Source: a virus (lineage: Duplodnaviria > Caudoviricetes). Taken from it: a DNA stretch of 63,398 nt. Location of the stretch: IMG/VR virus record IMGVR_UViG_3300032271_000550, positions 1 through 63,398 of that record; one strand, 5' to 3'. A model generated the notes under the pieces. It did no database searches, was not told the origin of the DNA, and worked only from the letters and a program-made list of their open reading frames with translations. A program made the position numbers and the translations under genes. Numbering within the stretch: the first letter of the stretch is position 1; each line of letters starts with the position of its first letter. Shown piece by piece: positions 19,846-29,311 of this stretch.

Positions 19846-20531
19846 TGTACAAGCCAGATGAACTACCAGCACGTCGCCGTACGTGGGTAAAAATTGCCAG
19901 CATTCCGCCAGCCAAACTTGGTTGGACTTTGGAAGACTGCGTTGATGTTCCAGCAGACAATATGAAGATTCTAACCAAGTGGACTTCAGCAATTTACGAT
20001 GACAAAGTCATTCGTGCTGAGGGTAAGCAGACTTGCGGCATTGGACTTATGTTATATGGGCTTCCAGGGCGCGGAAAAACTACTGTCGCAAGCACGTTGA
20101 TTCAGGAAGTGCTACGCAAGTCACCGCCAGAGATTCTAGGAATGACCCCAGGCAAGATTGTTTCTCGACCTTGCTATTTCATTACCTACAACGGATTGCT
20201 AGACCTTAAGGGCGCTATCATGGATGACCATGAGCCAGAGGACGAGTTGCTTTACAACGGCATTCTAGGCGAGGCTATTGATGACGCTTATAATGTTCGC
20301 GTGCTAGTCCTAGATGACGTAGGCAAGGAGCATGCAAGCGCATCGGGGTGGCAGAAGAACATGCTTCACCACGTGCTTCGTACCCGTTTTAATAATGGTC
20401 TTCCAACCATTGTCACCACCAATATCAAAATTGATGACTGGGAAGCCCATTACGGTTCTGCCACTCAATCTTTTGTACACGAAGCGTTTATCTATGTGAA
20501 CATGGACTCTGCTTCAGATTTGAGGAAGTAA
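19845..20531 (+). CDS. DnaC/IstB-like helicase loader ATPase
   Basis: Walker A GLPGRGKT, Walker B LVLDDVGKE, LPTIVTTN. Confidence 0.9.
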   Translation: MYKPDELPARRRTWVKIASIPPAKLGWTLEDCVDVPADNMKILTKWTSAIYDDKVIRAEGKQTCGIGLMLYGLPGRGKTTVASTLIQEVLRKSPPEILGMTPGKIVSRPCYFITYNGLLDLKGAIMDDHEPEDELLYNGILGEAIDDAYNVRVLVLDDVGKEHASASGWQKNMLHHVLRTRFNNGLPTIVTTNIKIDDWEAHYGSATQSFVHEAFIYVNMDSASDLRK

Positions 20532-20830
20532 TGTCTAACAGACGACTACTTCAAGTCTTTATTAGCGGTAAGTCAGACAACCCAGGTCCAGGAATTTTTG
20601 AAGTCAACACGGACCCTGACAGAAACCTGTCATGTACTTGCCCAGGTTTTAAATCCAAAGCTACTTGCAAGCACACAGAACTTGTGGAACGCAAAATTGA
20701 GATTAGTGGCGGTGTTTATCCTTTTGAGTTTTCAGAAAAAGTAACCGCTGATGAACTTAAAAAAGCTATGGAAAGCGAAGAGGCATTTCGCGAACTGGTC
20801 ATCATGCACGGCAAGGTAGAGGTTTATTGA
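20531..20830 (+). CDS. SWIM zinc-finger protein
   Basis: CTCPGF....TCKH. Confidence 0.8.
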   Translation: MSNRRLLQVFISGKSDNPGPGIFEVNTDPDRNLSCTCPGFKSKATCKHTELVERKIEISGGVYPFEFSEKVTADELKKAMESEEAFRELVIMHGKVEVY

Positions 20831-21237
20831 TGCAGGGCAACGACATTAGCAATGCTATGCCACAGCGTGTTATAGTTACTGCAGATGTCATCACGGACAC
20901 GTATGAAGACAAGAGCAAGGTTCTTGGCGTAATACCTGTGAGCAAGCGGCGTAAAGAGTACAACAGGCTGGTATTAAGCCACCTATACATGACTACGCTA
21001 AAACGCGGCATCACAATGGAGCTGGTAAGCTTTACTCATTCGGAGGACGAGATGGTAAAGTTAATGCTTCATCTAGACAAGATTGGAACGAATCCTTTTC
21101 GTTACGGCTCGTCTTACAGGTCGGTCGATAAGTTGGTTGAAGAACTGCCTTATCGCCCAGAGGTTATCGGTGTAATAGATATCCCGTCGCGACTACTACG
21201 GTACGGTCGATGGGGAATGGACTTTCCTTCATTATGA
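20830..21237 (+). CDS. hypothetical protein, possibly degenerate HAD-like
   Basis: Coupled to both neighbours; GNDISN...RVIVTADV. Confidence 0.6.
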   Translation: MQGNDISNAMPQRVIVTADVITDTYEDKSKVLGVIPVSKRRKEYNRLVLSHLYMTTLKRGITMELVSFTHSEDEMVKLMLHLDKIGTNPFRYGSSYRSVDKLVEELPYRPEVIGVIDIPSRLLRYGRWGMDFPSL

Positions 21238-22460
21238 GTACAGAAGCAAAACTATTAAGCGCGGCTATTCAAATCCGCGACCTATCCCCGCTATTTGAGC
21301 GCGGTGTGTCAGACCATTGGTTTTCCAACGATGATGACAAGCGTGTATGGACTTACCTACGCACGCACTTTTCCAAGTATGGCGAATGCCCTAGCGAAGA
21401 AGTTGTCACCGCGAACTTTCCTACGTATCGGATTGCGGAACTAAGCGACTCAATTGACTTCCTGCTAGACGACCTAGTAGACCGACGTCGCAAACTTTCT
21501 ATCAGCAACACTTTGCGCCTTGCGGTAGAAGAAATCCAGAACAATAAGGACCACGAATCCGCTTTGCTTTTAATGCAGAGCGGTATCGTAAAGCTCGAAG
21601 AAGAGGGCCTTAACCAGACCTCAGACGTCAACCTTATTACGACTACCGAGTCACGCTGGGATGACTATGTATTTCGCAAGAATAATCCAGGTTTGCTTGG
21701 TGTTGCCACTGGATTCCCAACGATTGACGCGGTAACCAATGGTTTGCAAAAGGGTCAGTTAATTGTCGTGGTTGCCACGCCTAAAACTGGTAAGTCAACT
21801 CTGGCATTGCAAATTGCAAACAACATTCACAAGCAGGGTCTATCACCAATGTTTCAGTCGTTTGAGATGACAAACCGTGAACAGCAAGACCGATACGATT
21901 CAATGCGTGCTCAGGTTTCTCACAACCGTCTCATAACAGGTAAGCTGACTGCCGAAGAAGAAAAGCGCTACAAAGACTCGCTGGAACTTATGGCTGATGA
22001 CCCGACCAGCTTTTGGCTGGTGGACTCGGCTCACGGAATTACTACCTCAGCGATTCACAGCAAAGTTCAAACACTACAGCCTGACGTAATCTTTATTGAC
22101 GGCGTCTACCTGATGCTTGACGAAAACACGGGAGAGTCCAACACCCCACAGGCTTTGACTGGTATTACCCGTTCACTAAAGCGGCTTGCTCAAAAGACCA
22201 ATAAGCCAGTAGTAATTACCACGCAGGCGCTTAACTGGAAGTCTAAAAAGGGTAAGGTGACTACTGACTCAATTGGTTACTCATCATCGTTCCTACAGGA
22301 CGCAGACGTCGTGTTCGGCCTTGAGCGTGAAGATGAGAATGTAGATGACACCAGAACCCTAAAGGTTATGGCATCGCGCCAGAGCGGTAACGTGGAGGCT
22401 TCGCTAATGTGGGATTGGTCAACAGGTCTATTCCGTGAAATGAGCAGTGACGACGTATGA
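21234..22460 (+). CDS. dnaB: replicative DNA helicase (DnaB family)
   Basis: TGFPTID, ATPKTGKS, SFEM, IFIDGVYLM, IGYSSSFLQDAD. Confidence 0.92.
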   Translation: MSTEAKLLSAAIQIRDLSPLFERGVSDHWFSNDDDKRVWTYLRTHFSKYGECPSEEVVTANFPTYRIAELSDSIDFLLDDLVDRRRKLSISNTLRLAVEEIQNNKDHESALLLMQSGIVKLEEEGLNQTSDVNLITTTESRWDDYVFRKNNPGLLGVATGFPTIDAVTNGLQKGQLIVVVATPKTGKSTLALQIANNIHKQGLSPMFQSFEMTNREQQDRYDSMRAQVSHNRLITGKLTAEEEKRYKDSLELMADDPTSFWLVDSAHGITTSAIHSKVQTLQPDVIFIDGVYLMLDENTGESNTPQALTGITRSLKRLAQKTNKPVVITTQALNWKSKKGKVTTDSIGYSSSFLQDADVVFGLEREDENVDDTRTLKVMASRQSGNVEASLMWDWSTGLFREMSSDDV

Positions 22461-23398
22461 GACTAGAAGAGATGGAGCGCGTGCTAGAGCGCTTAAACAT
22501 TGATGTAATTAACGTGCGAGGTAATGAGATTCTTGCACTATGCCCAGGTCACAAAGAGATTACTGGCAAAGAGGACCGTAACCCATCATGGTGGATTAAC
22601 GCCGAGACTGGTGCTCACATTTGTTTTTCTTGCGGGTTTAAAGGCAGCCTATGGTCGCTTATTGCAACTGCCCAAAACCTCAAAGACGCTAATGGTTTTC
22701 TAGACTACGCAGATGCTAAAGACTGGCTGTACCTGTCATTTGACAACATTCAGCTAGGCGTACCTGATGAAGAAATAGAGCAAGAATCCATATTTAAGGA
22801 AGTAACTCAGATTACTGAGTCACGTTTGGCTTTGTTTACTTACCCGCCAGAGCACGCACTTAAAGCCCGCGGGTTTACTTTGCAGGCCGCAGAGAAGCAC
22901 CAGCTGTTGTGGGATACTGCACATTCTAATTGGATTTCAGTAATTCGTGACCCCTATTCAAATAAATTGCTGGGTTGGCAGGAGAAAGGTTTTTCTCGCC
23001 GTTATTTCCGTAATTACCCAACTGGAGTCGAAAAATCAACCACTTTGTTTGGATTAAACCGTTACAAGGGCGGACGCATGATAGTTGTAGAGTCTCCGCT
23101 TGACGTAGTAAGATTGGAGTCTATTGGAGTTACTGGTGGCGTGTCCACTTACGGCTCCATGATTTCTAACGCACAAATTGAGTTAATCAAAGATGCAGAA
23201 GAAATTGTGTTTGCTTTGGACAATGACGAGTCAGGTATCAACGCATCTAAAAAAATGCTAGAGCAAAACTTTGAAGCTTGGTTCTTTAGCTATGCCCACA
23301 CAGACATGAAAGACATTGGAGCCATGAGCAGACTCGAAATCCTTACAGGATTGGATAACGCCAAGCACTCCGTACATGGACTAGGGGCTATCGAATGA
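22457..23398 (+). CDS. DNA primase (zinc finger + TOPRIM)
   Basis: CPGH...CFSC, VVESPLD, ALDNDESG, KDIG. Confidence 0.9.
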   Translation: MRLEEMERVLERLNIDVINVRGNEILALCPGHKEITGKEDRNPSWWINAETGAHICFSCGFKGSLWSLIATAQNLKDANGFLDYADAKDWLYLSFDNIQLGVPDEEIEQESIFKEVTQITESRLALFTYPPEHALKARGFTLQAAEKHQLLWDTAHSNWISVIRDPYSNKLLGWQEKGFSRRYFRNYPTGVEKSTTLFGLNRYKGGRMIVVESPLDVVRLESIGVTGGVSTYGSMISNAQIELIKDAEEIVFALDNDESGINASKKMLEQNFEAWFFSYAHTDMKDIGAMSRLEILTGLDNAKHSVHGLGAIE

Positions 23399-24978
23399 GC
23401 TTTGTAGGTAAACTGCTTCCTTATCAGCCAGAGGCTGTAGAGAAAATGTGCAACCGTGGCAAGATGCTGGTTGCTTATGACCTTGGCCTTGGTAAAACTG
23501 TTCTTACTATTGCTGCGATTGAGCAACTTATGGATGAGCGCAAAGTTACTGAGCCAGGTTTAGTTATTTGCTTGTCTAGCCTTAAATACCAGTGGGCAGA
23601 GTCTATTAAGAAGTTTACTAACGGCTCTAAACCGCTTGTCATTGATGGAACAGCAGAGCAACGTAAAAAGCAGTATGACCGAGCATTTAAGTGGCGCTCT
23701 ACTGGTATTGACTACGTAATCATGAACTATGAGCAAGTCGTTAATGACTGGGATTACGTCAACAAATTACCTCGCGGCTTCATTGTTCTTGATGAGGCTA
23801 CCGCTATTAAGTCGTTTAAATCAAAGCGTGCTAAGGCTACTAAGAAGTTGGCAACCTGCGAGTACAGGTTTGCTTTGACAGGAACACCCGTCGAGAACGG
23901 TAAGCCCGAAGAACTTTACAGCATTATGCAGTTTGTTGACGATAGCGTTCTTGGACGCTTTGACAAGTTTGATGCTACGTTTATTGTGCGTAACGCATGG
24001 GGTGGCGTAGACCGCTACCGCAACCTGCCTACTTTGCACGAAAAGATGAAAGAGGCATCTGTGCGTAAAGCACAGAAAGACCCAGACGTTGCACCTTTCT
24101 TGCCCTCTACAATCCACAAAGACCCAATCCTTGTATCGCTAGACCGTAAGACCGCGCAGTTGTATAAGCGCATTGTTGATGACCTTATGCTAGACCTTGA
24201 CAACGCTCAAGAGATGTTTGGCGGGTCGTTTAACATCATGGCTCACTATGGCTATGAGAAGTCCTGGGGAGGTCGTGGAGACGAGTTGCAGGGTCAAGTT
24301 ATGTCTAAGGTAGGCGCACTTAAAATGCTCGCCTGCTCGCCTCAGTTGCTAAAGACTAGCGCCCAGAAGTTTAAAGCTGGAAACGGTGAAGGGTCTGCAT
24401 ACGCAGCCGAGCTAGATGACGAAGAACTACTTGACGGTTTGGCTAATACCAAACTAGATAAGTTTGTCGCCTACGTTAAAGACTTCCTAGAGCAAGACGA
24501 AAAGAACAAGTTAGTAGTGTTCTGCTCTTACGTGGACATGGTAGACCTTATCGCTGACCGCCTTGGTCAAGATATCTCAGTAACTTACACAGGTCAACTA
24601 GACGCTAAGACTAAGGAGAAACACAAGAATGCTCTCAATAATGACCCTAATGTTCGTGTATTCGTTAGCTCTGACGCTGGTGGTTACGGTGTCGACCTCC
24701 CAGCGGCAAACATGCTTATTAATTATGATTTGCCTTGGAGCAGTGGCCTTGCTACTCAACGTAATGGGCGAATTCGTCGTGCCTCTTCTGAATGGAAAAC
24801 TATTGTAATCCAAGACTTCCTAATCTCAGGTTCTATCGAGGTTCGCCAGTTTGATGCCTTACAGCAGAAGAACGCTGTAGCTTCAGCCGTTATTGACGGT
24901 GAGGGCATTAATGATAAAGGCGGAGTAGACTTGACAATAGGCACACTTCGTGGTTTTCTATTAGATACGTCTGTATAG
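23395..24978 (+). CDS. SNF2-family (SF2) helicase
   Basis: LLPYQ, DLGLGKT, LDEAT, LTGTPVEN, AGGYGVDL, QRNGRIRR. Confidence 0.92.
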   Translation: MSFVGKLLPYQPEAVEKMCNRGKMLVAYDLGLGKTVLTIAAIEQLMDERKVTEPGLVICLSSLKYQWAESIKKFTNGSKPLVIDGTAEQRKKQYDRAFKWRSTGIDYVIMNYEQVVNDWDYVNKLPRGFIVLDEATAIKSFKSKRAKATKKLATCEYRFALTGTPVENGKPEELYSIMQFVDDSVLGRFDKFDATFIVRNAWGGVDRYRNLPTLHEKMKEASVRKAQKDPDVAPFLPSTIHKDPILVSLDRKTAQLYKRIVDDLMLDLDNAQEMFGGSFNIMAHYGYEKSWGGRGDELQGQVMSKVGALKMLACSPQLLKTSAQKFKAGNGEGSAYAAELDDEELLDGLANTKLDKFVAYVKDFLEQDEKNKLVVFCSYVDMVDLIADRLGQDISVTYTGQLDAKTKEKHKNALNNDPNVRVFVSSDAGGYGVDLPAANMLINYDLPWSSGLATQRNGRIRRASSEWKTIVIQDFLISGSIEVRQFDALQQKNAVASAVIDGEGINDKGGVDLTIGTLRGFLLDTSV

Positions 24979-24986
24979 GAGACACG

Positions 24987-25157
24987 ATGCCCACGTATGA
25001 ATACAAATGCCCAAAGTGCCAAAAGGTTTTTGAGATTAACCACTCAATGACTGAACATCCAAAGCCAGCATGTTTGGATTGTGTAGTACCATTAAACCGA
25101 GTATTTAAATTAGCAGGCGTTACTTTTAAAGGTGGCGGCTGGGGAAGCAGTAGATAA
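24987..25157 (+). CDS. FmdB-family zinc-ribbon protein (56 aa)
   Basis: Translated by hand: MPTYEYKCPKC...CLDC...FKGGGW; AGGAG RBS; not in the ORF track. Confidence 0.85.
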   Translation: MPTYEYKCPKCQKVFEINHSMTEHPKPACLDCVVPLNRVFKLAGVTFKGGGWGSSR

Positions 25158-25405
25158 TGCCAGAACAAATGACGTTTGACGAGTGGCTGCAGTACGGTCT
25201 TGACCAGAAATGGTGCGGTCCTGCCGTTTGTGTAACTCATGACGGTCTTCCAATGACCGCAGATGAAGAGCAAGAGATGTATGAACTTGACCCTTGCATT
25301 CATGCGATTAGACTTTATGAGGATGAAGACACTAAGATTAAAGTTGAAGAAAATCATTCACCATCTATCTGGCGTGCAACTAACGCTGGTTACACTGTAG
25401 AATAG
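25157..25405 (+). CDS. hypothetical protein
   Basis: ORF track; WCGPAVCVTHDGLP, DPCIH; TAATG overlap. Confidence 0.75.
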   Translation: MPEQMTFDEWLQYGLDQKWCGPAVCVTHDGLPMTADEEQEMYELDPCIHAIRLYEDEDTKIKVEENHSPSIWRATNAGYTVE

Positions 25406-25411
25406 GAAATC

Positions 25412-25543
25412 ATGGCAGTAAAGAAGGGCGGAGGCCCAAAGCCACCTGTTAAGGGAGGCAACTCAGACCGAAAAAACGGCAAGGCAAACAAGAAGCACCC
25501 AAAGGTATTTGACGCAGTAAAGCGTCGTCTTGTAACTAAATAG
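25412..25543 (+). CDS. small basic protein (43 aa)
   Basis: Translated by hand (MAVKKGGGPKPP...KRRLVTK); AGGA RBS. Confidence 0.6.
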   Translation: MAVKKGGGPKPPVKGGNSDRKNGKANKKHPKVFDAVKRRLVTK

Positions 25544-25549
25544 TTACTT

Positions 25550-25621
25550 TGACCATTAGCTCAACGGCAGAGCAGAGAGCTGTTAACTCTAAGGTTCCTG
25601 GTTCGAATCCAGGATGGTCAG
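25550..25621 (+). tRNA. tRNA-Asn(GTT), CCA not encoded
   Basis: Acceptor TGACCAT/ATGGTCA, anticodon loop CT-GTT-AA, T-loop GGTTCGAATCC. Confidence 0.95.
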
Positions 25622-25680
25622 CGGACCTTGACTAGCTGAGAAGCTAGCGACATCCAAAATATATTATTATGGCTAAAGAA

Positions 25681-25710
25681 AAACCCCCAGCATTAATTTG
25701 CTGGGGGTTT
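25681..25710. terminator. bidirectional intrinsic terminator
   Basis: AAACCCCCAGCA-ttaatt-TGCTGGGGGTTT between convergent units. Confidence 0.8.
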
Positions 25711-25721
25711 CTCGTTTAATG

Positions 25722-26003
25722 TTACTTTTTCTCCTGGTCGCTAAGCGCCTTTTGGACAGCCTGCGAGAAGGCACTGTTAACATCAAGGTCGGTCACTTTA
25801 CCTGTAGTAGCAATCGCAACTCCGAGTACTGTAGCAACAATAGCCACGGTGCTCGCCCATGCGATTACACCACCCATAACCCAGTTACCGCCAGGGATAG
25901 CGGAGCCAACGCCCATACCGCCTGGAACTGTAACTAGACCGAGACCAACGCTACGCCAAATGATTTGCCAAATGAGAGTCAATGTGGTTTTCACTGGGGA
26001 CAT
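25722..26003 (-). CDS. putative holin
   Basis: Start at MSPVKT after AAAAGGAAA; hydrophobic segments; directly downstream of the endolysin. Confidence 0.65.
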   Translation of the reverse strand: MSPVKTTLTLIWQIIWRSVGLGLVTVPGGMGVGSAIPGGNWVMGGVIAWASTVAIVATVLGVAIATTGKVTDLDVNSAFSQAVQKALSDQEKK

Positions 26004-26043
26004 AGCTTTTCCTTTTTTAATTTCCTGCGATTGCCGCAGAAAT

Positions 26044-26775
26044 TTAGATGGCTGAAGGCGCACCTGGGGTGACAGGGTGGCTTTCAGTGTGAGCGGGTAC
26101 AACTGGAGCAGGTGCAACAGCTGTGTGTGCAGGTTCGCTGGGAGTTACTGCAGGAGCAGCAGGGGCTGGAGCAGCGTTAGCAGCAGCTAGTGTGTGCAAT
26201 GGCTGAACATCTGCAGGAGCAGATGCAACAGCAGGAGCACCAGTAGCCGAGTGAACCTCACGCTGACCTGGGTGAACGTCTGGAACAACCGAAGCTGGAA
26301 CACCAAACTCGACTAGACGAGCAAAACCAGCAACCCACTTAAGCGAAACAGTGTTAACTGTAACGATACCTGGGATTACAGGTCCAGTATCAGCCGAAAC
26401 ATAGGTGACGGTGTTCTTGTGGGTGTCGACCGACATAACCATACCGATGTGGTCTGTGTTGTTGTTCTTGCCAATCCATGCACCAGTTTCCCAGTCAAAC
26501 AAGACTGCGTCTCCTGGCTTTGCCTTCTTGATGTCAAGGTTCCAAACGCCATTAGCCTGTGCAAGGTGCTTTACAGCTGTGCACGAAACCTGAATTGGGC
26601 GTAGACCCGAAATGTAAGAAAAGCCAAGAGCACAGTCATAGAAGCCATGAACGCGGTTAGGGAAGCCGTGAGTTGTACCATTTAGCCAAGGCAGCTCTTC
26701 ACGCTTCTTGCCCATGAAGGACATGAAGTGGTGAATAATTGCCTGAGCTTCGTGCGAGTTCTGCTGAATAGCCAT
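26044..26775 (-). CDS. endolysin, CHAP/NlpC-P60-like peptidase with Pro/Ala-rich tail
   Basis: YDCALGFSY (Cys), KPGDAVLFDW, DHIGMV (His). Confidence 0.75.
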   Translation of the reverse strand: MAIQQNSHEAQAIIHHFMSFMGKKREELPWLNGTTHGFPNRVHGFYDCALGFSYISGLRPIQVSCTAVKHLAQANGVWNLDIKKAKPGDAVLFDWETGAWIGKNNNTDHIGMVMSVDTHKNTVTYVSADTGPVIPGIVTVNTVSLKWVAGFARLVEFGVPASVVPDVHPGQREVHSATGAPAVASAPADVQPLHTLAAANAAPAPAAPAVTPSEPAHTAVAPAPVVPAHTESHPVTPGAPSAI

Positions 26776-26777
26776 TT

Positions 26778-27356
26778 TTACTCTGCGTCTTCCTCGTCGT
26801 CAGAGAAATCAATGTCTTCATTGCCAGCAAACAGCTCCTCTAGGAAGTCAATTTCCTCAGACAGAAGTTCTTCAACCTCTTCAAGCTCTGCTTCAACAGT
26901 CTCGATTTCTGGGGTAACTTCAACGGCAGGGGCAACTGGCTCGTCAACTACTGGGACCTCTGGAGTACCAGTCTCAACAGGAACCTCTGGGGTGCCAGTC
27001 TCGACAGGTGCCTCAACTACAGGCTCAGCAACAGGTTCAGCAACTGGCTCAGCAACTGGCTCAACGACTGGTGCCTCTTCGACAACTGGAGCAGCCTCAA
27101 CTGGGGCTTCTGCAGGGGTCTCTTCGACTACTGGGGCTTCAACAGGGGCTTCAGCAGGGGTCTCTACTACTGGGGCAGCATCAGCAACAGGTGCCTCAAC
27201 TGGAGCAGCATCTACTGCTGGTGTTTCTACAGGAGCATCAACAACAGGGGCGTCAACAGGGGCAGCCTCAACTGGTGCCTCAACTGTTTCGTCTACTGTG
27301 GCGTCAACTACTGGCGCAACCTCTGGGGTTACGTCTGGAGTGATGTCATCGGACAT
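26778..27356 (-). CDS. highly acidic Pro/Glu/Val/Ala repeat protein
   Basis: GAAAGG RBS; EAPV/PVAE repeats; no Lys, Arg or His. Confidence 0.7.
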   Translation of the reverse strand: MSDDITPDVTPEVAPVVDATVDETVEAPVEAAPVDAPVVDAPVETPAVDAAPVEAPVADAAPVVETPAEAPVEAPVVEETPAEAPVEAAPVVEEAPVVEPVAEPVAEPVAEPVVEAPVETGTPEVPVETGTPEVPVVDEPVAPAVEVTPEIETVEAELEEVEELLSEEIDFLEELFAGNEDIDFSDDEEDAE

Positions 27357-27430
27357 GGTGTACCTTTCGCGAAAAGGGGGAGGGTGTACACTTCTATTGT
27401 CCGCTATTTAATTACTTTTTTCAGTAGTAA

Positions 27431-28825
27431 CTAGAACGTTGTGTTTGTGGGGGTTATTGAAGCAGTGTTATAGGTTCCATTAGTTATATTTCGAGTACCA
27501 CCAGCTGTATTAAATGTTTGAGATGTAGCGGCTCCCGTACTTTTTGTAACTCCAGCAGATACTGTTGATACAGCATTTGCCGTGTAGTTAAATGTTACGC
27601 CACTAACAACAATTCCAGAAGAAGGAACAGCACCACTTGTAGGAATTTTAATAATAAGTGGGTCTCTAGTAGTAAATTGATATGCGGCTAAAATGTAAAC
27701 ATAAGCAGTATTATTTCCAGAAATGGTAATGTTAGGTCTAGGAGTTCCATTAAGGTCGTTGTTTGATATAAAGTTTCCAGTAGCTGGAACAAAAGAGTTA
27801 TTCCAATTTTGTGTAGCAGTGCTGCCATTATCTGTGTATTTAGCTACTAATAAACCAGTTCCAGTTTTTCCAGAAATGTAAACGCTAGTTACAGTAGAAA
27901 CTGTTTCAGCATAAACTGATACGTTACTTGATGCTTCAGCAGAAGAAAAACCTGTAATTTTGTAGGACCAAACCACAGCACCATTATTATCTAGTTTGAT
28001 AATTAAAAAATCACCAGTTGGACTTCTACCTGCAACATAAGTATTATTGCTTAATGTAAAAGATGTAGAAGAATATAAAGAAACAGATAAAAGTGAATCC
28101 CAAATTATTGTTGGAAAAGAGGCGTTACTTATTTTAATTACTTCAGTATTTTCAGTTGCAAATGTTCCTTGAACAATAATTGGATTATAAGAAGAATCAT
28201 AAGTAACAGAACAAAAAGTTTTGTCAACACTCGTGGGGCCAAAACTATAAGTATTAACAAAATTTCCTGATGAGTCTGTTTTTCCTACAATTGTCCTATA
28301 AAAAGAACCTGTACCATCATCACCAATAATCCACATAACATTGTCAGGAGTTTGTAGCATACCCATTACGTCAGTATAAACATTTGCATTCCAGGCCCAG
28401 TTACCAGCACTTGGAGTAATAGTGGTTACGTCGGTTGCTGAAAATGATTGAGTTCTATGATTAATAGCACTATCAGAAACAAAAGCTATTAAATTTCCAT
28501 CACTTCTTTTTTGAAGTACTTGCCTAGTCTCAGCACTTCCAGCACCACTTCTAGCTACTACTGTAGGTGTACTAGTGTCAATTCCAGCAAGTTTAACAAT
28601 ATAAGAAGAACTACCTGTAATAGTAGTTTGACTCCCATACACATAAGCAGATGTACCAATTACTGTTAATTGACCTAAAACAGGAACAGCTGTACCAGTA
28701 ATTTGTGCAACAAATCCGCCAATAGTTGCTCCACCACCGCCACCACCTGCTGGGATATAAATTCGCCCAATGTTAATTGTAGGCTTAAAGTTAATCTGCG
28801 TAGTACTTTGTCTAATTTTAGACAT
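27431..28825 (-). CDS. beta-propeller-like putative adhesin/virion surface protein
   Basis: Poly-Gly linker near the N-terminus; repeats such as LIIKLDNNGAVVW and VGKTDSSGNFV; AT-rich. Confidence 0.6.
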   Translation of the reverse strand: MSKIRQSTTQINFKPTINIGRIYIPAGGGGGGATIGGFVAQITGTAVPVLGQLTVIGTSAYVYGSQTTITGSSSYIVKLAGIDTSTPTVVARSGAGSAETRQVLQKRSDGNLIAFVSDSAINHRTQSFSATDVTTITPSAGNWAWNANVYTDVMGMLQTPDNVMWIIGDDGTGSFYRTIVGKTDSSGNFVNTYSFGPTSVDKTFCSVTYDSSYNPIIVQGTFATENTEVIKISNASFPTIIWDSLLSVSLYSSTSFTLSNNTYVAGRSPTGDFLIIKLDNNGAVVWSYKITGFSSAEASSNVSVYAETVSTVTSVYISGKTGTGLLVAKYTDNGSTATQNWNNSFVPATGNFISNNDLNGTPRPNITISGNNTAYVYILAAYQFTTRDPLIIKIPTSGAVPSSGIVVSGVTFNYTANAVSTVSAGVTKSTGAATSQTFNTAGGTRNITNGTYNTASITPTNTTF

Positions 28826-28828
28826 AAG

Positions 28829-29110
28829 TTATCGAGCGATAGTTAGTGTTTGAATAACTGAAGAGGCAGCACTAGAAATACCGTAAATAGTTTCACCAGC
28901 TACTAGGTTATCTAGTGAAATAGAGGAACCAGCGGCAATCTTAATTCCATTAGAGGTGCTTACTGCTGAAGTTCCACCAATGTAAATAATGTCAGAAGCA
29001 GTGTTGTTCTGAATAATTACAGTAAAAATTGAATAAGGTGAAGCAAAGCTTGTTGTAAGAATCTGGGTAGCAGAGCTAGTTACTGTTACGTTTTGCTGTG
29101 ATAAAGCCAT
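28829..29110 (-). CDS. small beta-sandwich protein (possible virion decoration)
   Basis: AAGGAG RBS; IIQNN..DIIYIGG..VSTSNGIKIAAG. Confidence 0.7.
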   Translation of the reverse strand: MALSQQNVTVTSSATQILTTSFASPYSIFTVIIQNNTASDIIYIGGTSAVSTSNGIKIAAGSSISLDNLVAGETIYGISSAASSVIQTLTIAR

Positions 29111-29143
29111 TAGAAACTCCTTAAGTTCAACTACTATTGTCTC

Positions 29144-29311
29144 TTATTCATCGTGGTTTCGCAGTGGGAACGTAATGACCCACAAAGCAATAGCACCTAC
29201 GATGCACCAGCCAACTACTTGCTTAGCTGAGCCTTCTAGCACAATCCAAGCAACAAACATACCTAGCAGCGTCCAAAGCTGGCTTAGCATATCTTTAATA
29301 AATTTTTTCAT
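29144..29311 (-). CDS. small two-helix membrane protein (55 aa)
   Basis: Translated by hand: MKKFIKDMLSQLWTLLGMFVAWIVLEGSAKQVVGWCIV...; TAATG overlap with the PA14 gene. Confidence 0.75.
   Translation of the reverse strand: MKKFIKDMLSQLWTLLGMFVAWIVLEGSAKQVVGWCIVGAIALWVITFPLRNHDE

Noticed and set aside
25622-25660. tRNA-adjacent HDV-like (theta) ribozyme after tRNA-Asn
   Set aside because: Only a CTAGCT-gaga-AGCTAG hairpin is visible; I could not build the nested double pseudoknot.
26728-27411. Plus-strand Ser/Thr/Gly-rich ORFs (26728-27411, 27008-27343)
   Set aside because: Antisense shadows of the repetitive acidic minus-strand gene, which has the RBS and operon context.
15199-28825. Diversity-generating retroelement targeting fibre genes
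   Set aside because: No reverse transcriptase and no template/variable repeat pair seen in the window.
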